Shown here one piece after another: positions 20,047-28,600 of a stretch of 64,000 bases of DNA. The stretch lies in the NCBI GenBank assembly GCA_022706765.1, contig JAKJBX010000003.1:10291-74290 (forward strand). Direction: 5' to 3'. This DNA comes from Bacillota bacterium. Its GTDB lineage: Bacteria; Bacillota; Clostridia; Monoglobales; Firm-18. The notes under the pieces were generated by a model that was not told where the DNA came from, searched no databases, and saw only the letters and a list, made by a program, of their open reading frames with translations. The position numbers and the translations under genes were made by a program. Numbering within the stretch: the first letter of the stretch is position 1; each line of letters begins with the position of its first letter.

Positions 20047-22317
20047 ATGAAAAGATATTTTGCGGTATTTGCGGTCTTGGCAATAATATTTACGCTGTTT
20101 TCGCTGCCCCCAGTCGTTGCCGGCGGCGGCACGGAAAACGCTGTGGTGATGTACGTCGACAGCAGCAGTGCGCTGGTGTTCGGCGAGGCGCGCTACATAG
20201 ATGATGACAACCGGGCGGTCATGCCGGTCGTTGAGCATTCACGCACCCTTGTGCCCGTGCGGTTCGTCGCCGAAAGCTTCGGCATGACTGTCACCTATGA
20301 CGATGCCGCCGCAAAGGTCGGCATCAAAAACGACCAATACAATATCAACTTCACCATCGGCAGCAATATGATAACGGTGGGCGGCAGCAGCCGGCAGATC
20401 GACGCCGGCAATCCGGAAGTGGTTGCCAAGGTAGAAAACGGGCGCACGCTAATCCCGCTGCGTTCACTTGCGGAAACCATTGGCAAGCAGGTGTTTTATG
20501 ATCGTGGGCTGATCGTCATCAGCGACCGTGCGGAGACCTTAAACCCCGTGAGCGACAAGGCGGAGCTTGACAGGCTGATTGCGCAGGTCAATGTGCTGCC
20601 GGCCGTCGGGACGGTGGAGTATATGGAAAAGCTGGTGGCGTCGCAAAAAGACACGAATATTTTGTATTTCCGAAAAGAAATGGCGCTTACCGGCGCAGTG
20701 CCGGTACCTACCGCAGCCGCGCAGAATGACAAGGCAAAGGCGGATTACTCCGAAACCAACGTACAGGTACAGGGCGTCGACGAGGCGGACATCGTCAAAA
20801 CCGACGGCGACTATCTGTATCAGGTCAGCGGTGAGCGCATCGTCATCACGAAAATCAATCCGGCGTCCGAGATGAAGATCGTCAGCACGATCGAAAGGGC
20901 AGGCGGGCAGTTTTTCCCGATCGAGTTTTTTGTGGATGGCGGCAGGCTGACGGTCATTGCCAATGTGCATAAACCCTCTGACCCCGTCGTCTATGACAGT
21001 GCAAAATCTTCGCTTATCGCACCGAGATACAGCGGCAATGTCTTCACACAGGTCACGGTCTACAACATCGCCGACAGGTCAAAGCCCGTTTTGGAGCGCA
21101 CCTTAGAGCTCGAAGGCAATTACCTCTCGTCCCGGAAAATCGGCGGCATCGTGTACCTTGTGGCAAACCAATACTTCTACTATTATGAAAGGATTCCGGC
21201 AGTTCCCGTTACCTACACCGACAACGAGACCGGCGTCAACATCGGCTATGATAAGGTACGGTATATCCCCGGATCAGAGACCTCGAATTACCTGATCATC
21301 GCTTCCATCGACACTGACAAGCCCAAGCAGGCGGCAAAAGTCGAAACGCTGCTTGGCGGCGGTCAGAACATTTATGTGTCGCAGGACCACCTGTATGTGG
21401 CGTCGCCCGTTTATAAAAGCGGTTTTGCCGAAACGGCTGTCTACAAATTCTCGCTGACGGACGGGCAGATCACCTACCTCAAAAAGGGCAGCGTGAACGG
21501 CAACATTCTAAACCAATTCTCGATGGACGAATATAACGGTAGCCTCCGTATTGCGACGACGTCCTACGACAAGCAGGAGTCCAATAACCTGTATGTTTTA
21601 GACGACACTATGACGCTCAGCGGTAGTATTGAGGGCATTGCGCCGAATGAGCGCATCTATTCGGCACGCTTTGTAGGCGATCGGGGCTATATGGTGACGT
21701 TCCGCCAGGTTGACCCGCTGTTCGTCATCGACCTTTCCGACCCCAAGGCGCCCAAGATACTCGGCAACCTCAAAATTCCCGGTTACAGCGACTACATTCA
21801 CCCCGTTGATGAAAACCACATCTTAGGCTTCGGCAAGGACGCGACCGACAAGGGCTTTTATCAGGGCATGAAAATGGCGCTCTTTGACGTGACGGACGTC
21901 GAGAACCCCAAGCAGAAGTTCTCGGAGATCATCGGCGACAGGGGAACAGAATCGCCGCTTTTGCAAAACCACAAAGCGCTGCTGTACCTGCCGGACAAAG
22001 CGCTGCTCGCTTTCCCCGTGACCGTCCGTGAGGTCCCGAAAGACGACACCACCCAGACCGCATACGGTCAGCTCACATTCAGCGGCGCATACGTCTACCG
22101 TTTCAATACACAGGACGGCTTTTCGCTCAAAGGCAAGATCAGCCACCTCTCAAAGGAGGATATGTTAAAGCTCGGCAACTACGTCGGGACCGGTAAGGAA
22201 ATCAAGCGCATACTCTATGCCTCGGGCAACCTCATTACCGCATCGGATGAAAAAGTACAGGCGCATTCCGCTATGGACATCACCCTCACCGGCAGCGTAG
22301 ATATTCCTACTAAATAA
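20047..22317 (+). CDS. secreted protein: copper-amine-oxidase-N-like stalk domain plus beta-propeller domain (PF09826-like)
   Basis: Signal peptide MKRYFAVFAVLAIIFTLF; LVPVRFVAESFGMTVTYDD stalk repeats; large C-terminal propeller region. Start at ATG 20047 preferred. Confidence 0.65.
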   Translation: MKRYFAVFAVLAIIFTLFSLPPVVAGGGTENAVVMYVDSSSALVFGEARYIDDDNRAVMPVVEHSRTLVPVRFVAESFGMTVTYDDAAAKVGIKNDQYNINFTIGSNMITVGGSSRQIDAGNPEVVAKVENGRTLIPLRSLAETIGKQVFYDRGLIVISDRAETLNPVSDKAELDRLIAQVNVLPAVGTVEYMEKLVASQKDTNILYFRKEMALTGAVPVPTAAAQNDKAKADYSETNVQVQGVDEADIVKTDGDYLYQVSGERIVITKINPASEMKIVSTIERAGGQFFPIEFFVDGGRLTVIANVHKPSDPVVYDSAKSSLIAPRYSGNVFTQVTVYNIADRSKPVLERTLELEGNYLSSRKIGGIVYLVANQYFYYYERIPAVPVTYTDNETGVNIGYDKVRYIPGSETSNYLIIASIDTDKPKQAAKVETLLGGGQNIYVSQDHLYVASPVYKSGFAETAVYKFSLTDGQITYLKKGSVNGNILNQFSMDEYNGSLRIATTSYDKQESNNLYVLDDTMTLSGSIEGIAPNERIYSARFVGDRGYMVTFRQVDPLFVIDLSDPKAPKILGNLKIPGYSDYIHPVDENHILGFGKDATDKGFYQGMKMALFDVTDVENPKQKFSEIIGDRGTESPLLQNHKALLYLPDKALLAFPVTVREVPKDDTTQTAYGQLTFSGAYVYRFNTQDGFSLKGKISHLSKEDMLKLGNYVGTGKEIKRILYASGNLITASDEKVQAHSAMDITLTGSVDIPTK

Positions 22318-22328
22318 CAAAATTTTAT

Positions 22329-22385
22329 TGACCTCCCTGCCTATTTCTGTTACTATTACAGTAACAGAAATAGGCAGGGAGGTCA
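22329..22385 (+). promoter_or_regulatory. 26-bp perfect palindrome (5-nt loop): terminator-like hairpin whose left arm carries a promoter-like sequence and whose right arm carries the SD of the FHA gene
   Basis: TGACCTCCCTGCCTATTTCTGTTACT-ATTAC-AGTAACAGAAATAGGCAGGGAGGTCA. TTGACC(22328)-17 nt-TACTAT(22351); GGGAGG at 22377-22382, 8 nt before ATG 22391. Confidence 0.6.
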
Positions 22386-22390
22386 TTTGT

Positions 22391-22843
22391 ATGTTTTCGA
22401 TTTATTCACTGCTTGCGACCGTTTTAAAATACGTGTTCATCACAATCATATACCTGTTCATCTTCGGTATCATCCGCATGATCACCCTCGACATCCGCAA
22501 AATGAACGCGCCCCGCCCGAAGGGCATTGCCAAGGGCACGCCGTATTTGCAGCTTTTGACCGACCGCAAATCGCTGTATTTCGACGTCAAGCAGGGCTAT
22601 CCGCTCGACCGGGAAGTGATCGTCATCGGCAGGGGCTCGGGCTGTGACATCACCATCGACGACTTGTATATGTCGACCAAGCACCTCCAACTGTGGTATG
22701 AGGAGGGTGAGTGGTACATCGCCGATCTCGGCAGCTCCAACGGCACGTTTATCAACGGCAAGCGTATGTCGGACGAGCCGCTGATTTTAGACGCGGGCGA
22801 CAAGATCAAAATCGGACAGCTTGAATTTCTGGTGGTCGTGTGA
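22391..22843 (+). CDS. FHA-domain protein with N-terminal TM helix
   Basis: Start moved to ATG 22391. VIVIGRGSGCDITIDDLYMSTKHLQL...GSSNGTFINGKR FHA signature. Confidence 0.8.
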   Translation: MFSIYSLLATVLKYVFITIIYLFIFGIIRMITLDIRKMNAPRPKGIAKGTPYLQLLTDRKSLYFDVKQGYPLDREVIVIGRGSGCDITIDDLYMSTKHLQLWYEEGEWYIADLGSSNGTFINGKRMSDEPLILDAGDKIKIGQLEFLVVV

Positions 22844-22908
22844 AAGGAAAGCTTTAATATCTTATTTTGTGCCGGCGCGGAGCGGCGGAACGGAGGTTGA
22901 TACAGATG
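22831..22908 (+). repeat. Intercistronic repeat R3 copy 2 (uninterrupted)
   Basis: GGTGGTCGTGTGAAAGGAAAGCTTTAATATCTTATTTTGTGCCGGCGCGGAGCGGCGGAACGGAGGTTGATACAGATG. Spans the FHA stop codon through the rodA start codon. Confidence 0.7.
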
Positions 22909-24129
22909 AAGGTTTCCATGCTGAAACGACCGGTCATCATGCTGGTGCTTGTCAACGTGCTGGCGTTTGTTTTGCTCTATTCCTACCGTATGCCGCCAAG
23001 CGCCAACACGCTTTTGATCGGCGCATCCATTCTGACGCTCAGCGCTGCGACCTACCTGATGATTTCCCGAAACCACCTCGGCGACGAATATCTGTTCCTC
23101 ATTGTTTCTATGCTGGTCACCATCGGCGTGGCGATGCTCTGCCGCATCAAATATGCCCTTGGCATCGCACAGGTCGGTTGGTATCTCATCGGCATTTGCG
23201 TGTTCTATGCCGCCTATGCGGCGATGCGCTATGTCGGTCTGTGGAGGCGCCTGAAATGGGCTTATGCCGGCATGTCGGCGCTTCTTTTTGCCGCAACACT
23301 GGCTTTCGGCGTCACCATCAACGGCTCACGCAACTGGATCATCCTCGGCGGACACTCCTTTCAGCCGTCGGAGGTCATCAAGATCCTCTTTGTGTTCTTT
23401 ATCGCCTGCTGCTACGGGCAGCCCAAGACCGAGCGGCGCGGCAAGATTTCCGTCAAATATATCGTTACGGGCGTCACCTATGTGTTCATGCTGTTTCTGA
23501 TCATGCAGCGTGAGTGGGGCATGACATTGCTCTTTTTTGCGACCTACCTGGTTTTGACCTATATTTACGAAAACGACAAACTGCTGCTGCTTGGCAATGT
23601 GCTGTTGACGTCCGTTGTGGGGCTTGTTGGCTACCACGCGCTGTGGCACATCCGTATCCGCATCGCCAGCTGGATAAACCCCTGGGCGGACATTTCAAAC
23701 ACCGGCTATCAGATCACCCAGTCACTGTTTGCGATCGCCTCCGGCGGCTTTTTCGGCAAGGGTATCGGGCTCGGCAATCCCGAGTTTATCCCAGAGGTGC
23801 ATTCTGACTTTATTTTTTCCGCCATCTGTGAAGAAATGGGCATCCTCGGCGGCGTGGCGGTTATCCTTTTGTATTTTATCTTTGTATATAGGGGCGTCAA
23901 GATCGCGCTGATGCTGCCGGAGGGGTTTGAAAAGTGTGTGGCGGTGGGATTGACCGTGCTGTTTGGTATCCAGACCTTCATGATCCTTGGCGGGGTTGTA
24001 AAGCTTATCCCCTTGACAGGCATCACGCTGCCGTTCGTCAGCTATGGCGGCAGCTCGCTGGTAACCAGCTTTGTTTCGCTGGGCATATTACAGGCAATCT
24101 CGGCAAAAAGGAGGCTTGCGGGTGATTAA
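22906..24129 (+). CDS. rodA: FtsW/RodA/SpoVE-family peptidoglycan polymerase
   Basis: Start moved to ATG 22906. 10-TM SEDS pattern, PEVHSDFIFSAICEEMG and LPFVSYGGSS motifs; followed by class B PBP. Confidence 0.85.
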   Translation: MKVSMLKRPVIMLVLVNVLAFVLLYSYRMPPSANTLLIGASILTLSAATYLMISRNHLGDEYLFLIVSMLVTIGVAMLCRIKYALGIAQVGWYLIGICVFYAAYAAMRYVGLWRRLKWAYAGMSALLFAATLAFGVTINGSRNWIILGGHSFQPSEVIKILFVFFIACCYGQPKTERRGKISVKYIVTGVTYVFMLFLIMQREWGMTLLFFATYLVLTYIYENDKLLLLGNVLLTSVVGLVGYHALWHIRIRIASWINPWADISNTGYQITQSLFAIASGGFFGKGIGLGNPEFIPEVHSDFIFSAICEEMGILGGVAVILLYFIFVYRGVKIALMLPEGFEKCVAVGLTVLFGIQTFMILGGVVKLIPLTGITLPFVSYGGSSLVTSFVSLGILQAISAKRRLAGD

Positions 24130-25510
24130 CAAACGGATAATCCGGGTGCTGACCCTTATCAGCTTTCTCTTCGTTTCGCTCATCGGCTATCTGACCTATT
24201 TTCAGCTTACCAGGGGCGAGGATATTTTGCAAAGCCCCTACAACAAGCGGCAGTGGGAGTATGACGACACCGTCAAACGGGGGTCTTTTTTGGACCGCAA
24301 CGGCAAGGTGCTCGCCTACTCACAGGACGGCAAGCGGTTTTACAGCTTCGGTGCGCTGTACAGCCACGTGATCGGCTACAACTCCAATATCTACGGACGC
24401 ACGATGCTGGAAGCGCGCTTTAACAAGCTGCTTTTGGGCAGGCGTGAGCTGACCGAGGTCTTTAACCTGAACATCGACAGCAAGACGGGCTATGATCTTA
24501 CGCTGACTGTCGACCATGCATTGCAAAGCTATGCGGCTAACCGTTTAGGCGGCAAAAACGGCTCGGTCGTTGCGATCAACCCCAAAACCGGAGAGGTGCT
24601 TGCGCTGGTCAGTAAACCGGATTTTGATCCCAACGAGGACGCGCTGATCAAAAACTGGAACGACCTGACCGAGGATGAGCAGTCGCCGTTGCTGGCGCGC
24701 GCCACGAGCGGGCTGTATCCCCCTGGCTCGACCTTTAAGATCATCACCACGACCGCCGCATTGGAAAACGGTTTAGCAGCCGAAACCTTTGACGACATCG
24801 GCAGCGTAACTATTGGTGGCGCAGTTTTTGAAAATTTCGGTAAAAAAGCCAACGGCGTCATCGACCTTAAAAAAGCCTTCGCCCTGTCAAGTAATTTCGC
24901 CTACTGCACACTGGGAGCAAAGCTGGGCAGCGGACGTATGGGTTCGGCGGCGGAGCGGTTTGGGTTTAACAAGTCCTTTGACTTTGATATTGATATGAAT
25001 CAAAGCAAATTCCCGATGAACGATACCGACGAAGCGGGCAGCGCAGCGCTCGCCATCGGTCAGGGGAAGCTGCTTGCGACACCGGTGCATATGGCGCTTG
25101 CCGCTTGCGCTGTGGCGAATGACGGCGTCATTATGAAGCCGTACCTCGTCGCCTACGCGACGAATGCGTCGGGCGGCAGGGTCTATGAAGTCCGGCAGCA
25201 GCAACTGTACAGGGCGATGTCGGCGGAAAATGCCGCAAAAATCAAGGATATGATGGTCGAAACCGTCAAAAGCGGCACGGCAACGGCGTCCGTTATACGC
25301 GGCGTCACCGTCGCGGGAAAGACGGGCACCTCTGAAAACGAGCTGCTAAACCAAATGAAGGACAAGGAGCATGCGTGGTACGTATGCTTTGCGCCTGCTG
25401 AGGATCCGCAGATCGCCGTCGCAGTGATGCTTGAATATAGCGGCGGCAGCGGCGGCGGACTTTGCGCCCCGATTGCACGGGATATTTTGCGCCAATATTT
25501 TAAAAAATGA
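24122..25510 (+). CDS. class B penicillin-binding protein (PBP2-type transpeptidase)
   Basis: GTG 24122 with AAGGAGG SD, overlaps rodA stop. STFK, SSN, KTGT active-site motifs. Confidence 0.9.
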   Translation: MINKRIIRVLTLISFLFVSLIGYLTYFQLTRGEDILQSPYNKRQWEYDDTVKRGSFLDRNGKVLAYSQDGKRFYSFGALYSHVIGYNSNIYGRTMLEARFNKLLLGRRELTEVFNLNIDSKTGYDLTLTVDHALQSYAANRLGGKNGSVVAINPKTGEVLALVSKPDFDPNEDALIKNWNDLTEDEQSPLLARATSGLYPPGSTFKIITTTAALENGLAAETFDDIGSVTIGGAVFENFGKKANGVIDLKKAFALSSNFAYCTLGAKLGSGRMGSAAERFGFNKSFDFDIDMNQSKFPMNDTDEAGSAALAIGQGKLLATPVHMALAACAVANDGVIMKPYLVAYATNASGGRVYEVRQQQLYRAMSAENAAKIKDMMVETVKSGTATASVIRGVTVAGKTGTSENELLNQMKDKEHAWYVCFAPAEDPQIAVAVMLEYSGGSGGGLCAPIARDILRQYFKK

Positions 25511-25541
25511 AAATTTTATTAAAAATTTTGCAAATGCTGTG

Positions 25542-25570
25542 TTGCAAAATTTCATTTTTTAATATATAAT
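25542..25570 (+). promoter_or_regulatory. near-consensus sigma-A promoter
   Basis: TTGCAA-17 nt-TATAAT. The -35 lies in inverted repeat ATTTTGCAA-N8-TTGCAAAAT (25526-25551). Confidence 0.5.
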
Positions 25571-25605
25571 AATACCTCTACTATGTTTTCAAGGGGTGTA
25601 AAGAA

Positions 25606-26451
25606 ATGTTTCGCATAGCGAAGAAAAGGGCGCTCAATCCGCAGGTCACGCTGATGGAAATTGAGGCGCCGAGAATTGCCAAGAAGGTCAAACCCGGGCA
25701 ATTCATCATGCTGAGAATAGATGAATTCGGTGAGCGTATCCCGTTGACGGTTGCTGATTTTGACGTGGGTGCCGGCACTGTCACGATCATATTTCAAAAG
25801 GTCGGAAAGACGACCATGGCACTCGGCGAGCTTTCGGAGGGCAGCTTTATTTTGGACTTTGCGGGACCGCTTGGCGTTCCGACCCATCTTAAAGGCTACA
25901 AGCATGCCGCTGTGATCGGCGGCGGGCTCGGCACGGCGATCGCCTATCCGCAGGCAAAGGCGCTGCACCGCATGGGTGCAAGCGTTGACGTGGTCGCCGG
26001 CTTTCGCAGCAAGGACCTCATCATATTAGAGGACGAGGTCAGGGCGATCAGCGACCATACATATATCACAACGGACGACGGCTCAAACGGCAGCAAGGGC
26101 TTTGTCACCGATGTGCTGAAAAGCCTGATCGAGCAGGGCAATCACTACGATGTGGTGATCGCCATCGGTCCGCTGGTGATGATGCGCGCCGTGTCGAACC
26201 TGACGAAGGCGTACGGCATCAAGACCATCGTGAGCCTCAATACCACGATGATCGACGGCACGGGGATGTGCGGCGGCTGCCGTGTGACGGTCGGTGGCGA
26301 GATAAAATTTGCGTGTGTTGACGGTCCCGATTTTGACGGGCACCTGGTGGATTTTGACGAGGCGATCATGCGTTCGCAGATGTACAAGGCAAGCGAGCGC
26401 GAGGCGCTGGACAGACATCAATGCAGGTTGGAGGGTAAGCAGGATGCCTAA
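25606..26451 (+). CDS. nfnA: ferredoxin-NADP reductase-like FAD/NAD-binding subunit (NfnA / sulfide dehydrogenase SudB-like)
   Basis: 281 aa PyrK-like; C-terminal CGGCRV...FACVDGPDF 2Fe-2S motif; translationally coupled to the GltD-like subunit. Confidence 0.7.
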   Translation: MFRIAKKRALNPQVTLMEIEAPRIAKKVKPGQFIMLRIDEFGERIPLTVADFDVGAGTVTIIFQKVGKTTMALGELSEGSFILDFAGPLGVPTHLKGYKHAAVIGGGLGTAIAYPQAKALHRMGASVDVVAGFRSKDLIILEDEVRAISDHTYITTDDGSNGSKGFVTDVLKSLIEQGNHYDVVIAIGPLVMMRAVSNLTKAYGIKTIVSLNTTMIDGTGMCGGCRVTVGGEIKFACVDGPDFDGHLVDFDEAIMRSQMYKASEREALDRHQCRLEGKQDA

Positions 26452-27838
26452 TATGAACCCTAAAAAGATACCGATGCCGCAGCAGGCGCCGGATGTTCGG
26501 AATAAAAATTTTGAAGAGGTCGAACAGGGCTATACAAACGACATGGCGGTCGAGGAGGCGAAAAGGTGCCTAGATTGCAAGCACAAGCCCTGTGTTTCAG
26601 GTTGTCCCGTCAACGTGCGGATACCTGAATTCATCGGTGAGATCGTCAAGGGCAATTTTGAAAACGCCTATCAGATCATCAAGGATACCAATGCCCTGCC
26701 CGCCGTTTGCGGCAGGGTGTGTCCGCAGGAAAACCAGTGTGAAAAGCTGTGCGTCCGAGGTTTCAAGGGTGAGAGCGTGGCGATCGGGCGTTTGGAGCGT
26801 TTTGCGGCGGACTATCATATGGCAAACAGCGACGAGGTCATCGAAAAGCCGGCGTCAAACGGCATTAAGGTGGCGGTCATCGGATCGGGTCCTGCCGGTC
26901 TTACCTGTGCGGGCGACCTGGCAAAGCTGGGTTATGACGTCACGGTTTTTGAAGCGTTCCATGTGGCGGGCGGCGTGTTGATGTACGGCATCCCGCAGTT
27001 TCGTCTGCCTAAGGAAATCGTACAAAGAGAGATCGACAGCCTGAAAGTCCTTGGCGTCAGGATCGAAACCAATTCCGTCGTCGGCAAGCTCGTGTCAGTC
27101 GACGAGCTGATGCGGGAGGAAGGCTTTAAGGCGGTCTTTATCGGCAGCGGCGCGGGGCTGCCGGCGTTTATGGGGATCGAGGGAGAAAACCTCTGCGGCG
27201 TCTATTCCTCGAATGAATTTCTGACCAGGATCAATCTGATGAAGGCATACCGGTTCCCCGACTATGAAACGCCGATCAGGGTCGGTAAGCGTGTGGCGGT
27301 GGTCGGCGGCGGCAATGTCGCCATGGATGCGGCGCGCTGCGCCAAGCGTCTCGGCGCCGAGGAGGTCTATATCATATACCGGCGCTCGGAGGAGGAAATG
27401 CCCGCCCGTCGTGAGGAAGTCCACCACGCCAAGGAGGAGGGCATCGTCTTTAAGCTGCTGACCAACCCGACACGTATACTCGGCAAGGACGGTTGGGTAA
27501 ACGGCATCGAATGCGTTGAGATGACCCTCGGTGAGCCGGACGAGTCGGGCAGACGCCGTCCGCAGGAAAAGGCGGGCAGCGAGCATGTGCTTGATGTCGA
27601 AACGGTCATCATCGCCATTGGGCAGACGCCCAATCCGCTGATCAAGGACACCACGCCCGAGCTTGAAGTGAACCGGCGGGGCGGTCTTGTCGTGGATGAA
27701 AAGACGGGTCTGACCAGCAAAGCCGGCGTATATGCCGGGGGGGACGCCGTGACGGGTGCGGCAACTGTTATTCTGGCAATGGGGGCGGGCAAAACCGCCG
27801 CTGCGGCAATTGACCAATATTTAAAAGAAAACTATTGA
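26444..27838 (+). CDS. nfnB: NADPH-dependent glutamate synthase beta-chain-like oxidoreductase (NfnB/GltD-like)
   Basis: Start moved to ATG 26444 (GGAGGG SD). CLDCKHKPC and CGRVCPQENQCE Fe-S motifs; two GxGxxG dinucleotide folds. Confidence 0.75.
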   Translation: MPNMNPKKIPMPQQAPDVRNKNFEEVEQGYTNDMAVEEAKRCLDCKHKPCVSGCPVNVRIPEFIGEIVKGNFENAYQIIKDTNALPAVCGRVCPQENQCEKLCVRGFKGESVAIGRLERFAADYHMANSDEVIEKPASNGIKVAVIGSGPAGLTCAGDLAKLGYDVTVFEAFHVAGGVLMYGIPQFRLPKEIVQREIDSLKVLGVRIETNSVVGKLVSVDELMREEGFKAVFIGSGAGLPAFMGIEGENLCGVYSSNEFLTRINLMKAYRFPDYETPIRVGKRVAVVGGGNVAMDAARCAKRLGAEEVYIIYRRSEEEMPARREEVHHAKEEGIVFKLLTNPTRILGKDGWVNGIECVEMTLGEPDESGRRRPQEKAGSEHVLDVETVIIAIGQTPNPLIKDTTPELEVNRRGGLVVDEKTGLTSKAGVYAGGDAVTGAATVILAMGAGKTAAAAIDQYLKENY

Positions 27839-27863
27839 CAATAGTGGCAGTTTGTGTTACTAT
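27835..27863 (+). promoter_or_regulatory. candidate promoter of rplU-rpmA-obg
   Basis: TTGACA (overlaps nfnB stop)-17 nt-TACTAT; leaves an about 85-nt leader. Confidence 0.4.
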
Positions 27864-27949
27864 AACTTGGTATCCGCACAAAAGAGGTTTGCAAATACGG
27901 CTCCGCCGTATACCTTCATTGGCGAGTTTTTAATTACGGAGGTGCGTAA

Positions 27950-28261
27950 ATGTACGCAATAATTGAAACAGGCGGAAAGCAGTACAAGGTTTCCGAGGGC
28001 GATGTAATTTATGTTGAAAAGCTCGACTTGGAGGACGGTGCCGGCGTTTCGTTTGACAAGGTTTTGGCTGTCGGGGAAGGCAGCAGCATCAATTTTGGCT
28101 CACCCGTCGTTGTGGGTGCGGTCGTCAGCGGCAGCGTCGTCAAAAGCGGCAGAGGCAAGAAGGTCGTTGTTTATAAGATGAAGCCCAAAAAAGGTTATCG
28201 CAAAAAACAGGGTCACAGACAGGCTTACACAAAGGTTCAAATCAGCAGCATCAAGGCTTAA
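27950..28261 (+). CDS. rplU: 50S ribosomal protein L21
   Basis: [25 protein letters not shown] canonical N-terminus. Confidence 0.95.
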   Translation: MYAIIETGGKQYKVSEGDVIYVEKLDLEDGAGVSFDKVLAVGEGSSINFGSPVVVGAVVSGSVVKSGRGKKVVVYKMKPKKGYRKKQGHRQAYTKVQISSIKA

Positions 28262-28294
28262 AAAATTTCGATATGATGGTTAGGAGTGACATAT

Positions 28295-28555
28295 ATGGCT
28301 CATAAAAAAGGTGTGGGAAGCACCAAAAACGGCAGAGATTCCGAGTCCAAACGTCTCGGCGCAAAGAGGGCTGACGGTCAGTTCGTTCTCGCCGGCAACA
28401 TTTTGGTTCGCCAGAGGGGCACAAAAATTCACCCCGGTATCGGCGTTTCAAAGGGCAGTGACGATACGCTTTTTGCACTCGTCGACGGCAAAGTGAAATT
28501 TGAAAGAGTAGGCAAAGATAAAAAGAGGGTCAGCGTCTACGAATTGGTTCAATAA
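28295..28555 (+). CDS. rpmA: 50S ribosomal protein L27 (no N-terminal pro-peptide)
   Basis: [25 protein letters not shown] 28295 is 8 nt after AGGAG; the GTG at 28286 overlaps the SD. Confidence 0.95.
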   Translation: MAHKKGVGSTKNGRDSESKRLGAKRADGQFVLAGNILVRQRGTKIHPGIGVSKGSDDTLFALVDGKVKFERVGKDKKRVSVYELVQ

Positions 28556-28574
28556 TCGGTATACGCAATGTAGG

Positions 28575-28600
28575 GGGTAGGCTGAGCGCTTACCCTTTTT
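28575..28600 (+). terminator. rho-independent terminator after rpmA
   Basis: GGGTAGGC-TGAGC-GCTTACCC then TTTTT. Confidence 0.7.

Noticed and set aside
22165-22390. Two ORFs on opposite strands that both begin MTSLPISVT(V/I)..VTEIGREV.
   Set aside because: Mirror-image artefact of the 26-bp palindrome. The real FHA gene starts at ATG 22391, after the SD in the right arm.
26309-26443. N-terminal 45 aa of the ORF-track nfnB ORF.
   Set aside because: It overlaps the nfnA coding end in another frame and is Arg/Trp-rich. ATG 26444 has a proper GGAGGG SD and gives the canonical GltD-like N-terminus.
27864-27949. Ribosomal-protein (L21) leader structure upstream of rplU.
   Set aside because: An about 85-nt leader exists, but I could not identify a convincing conserved fold or match to a remembered leader motif.
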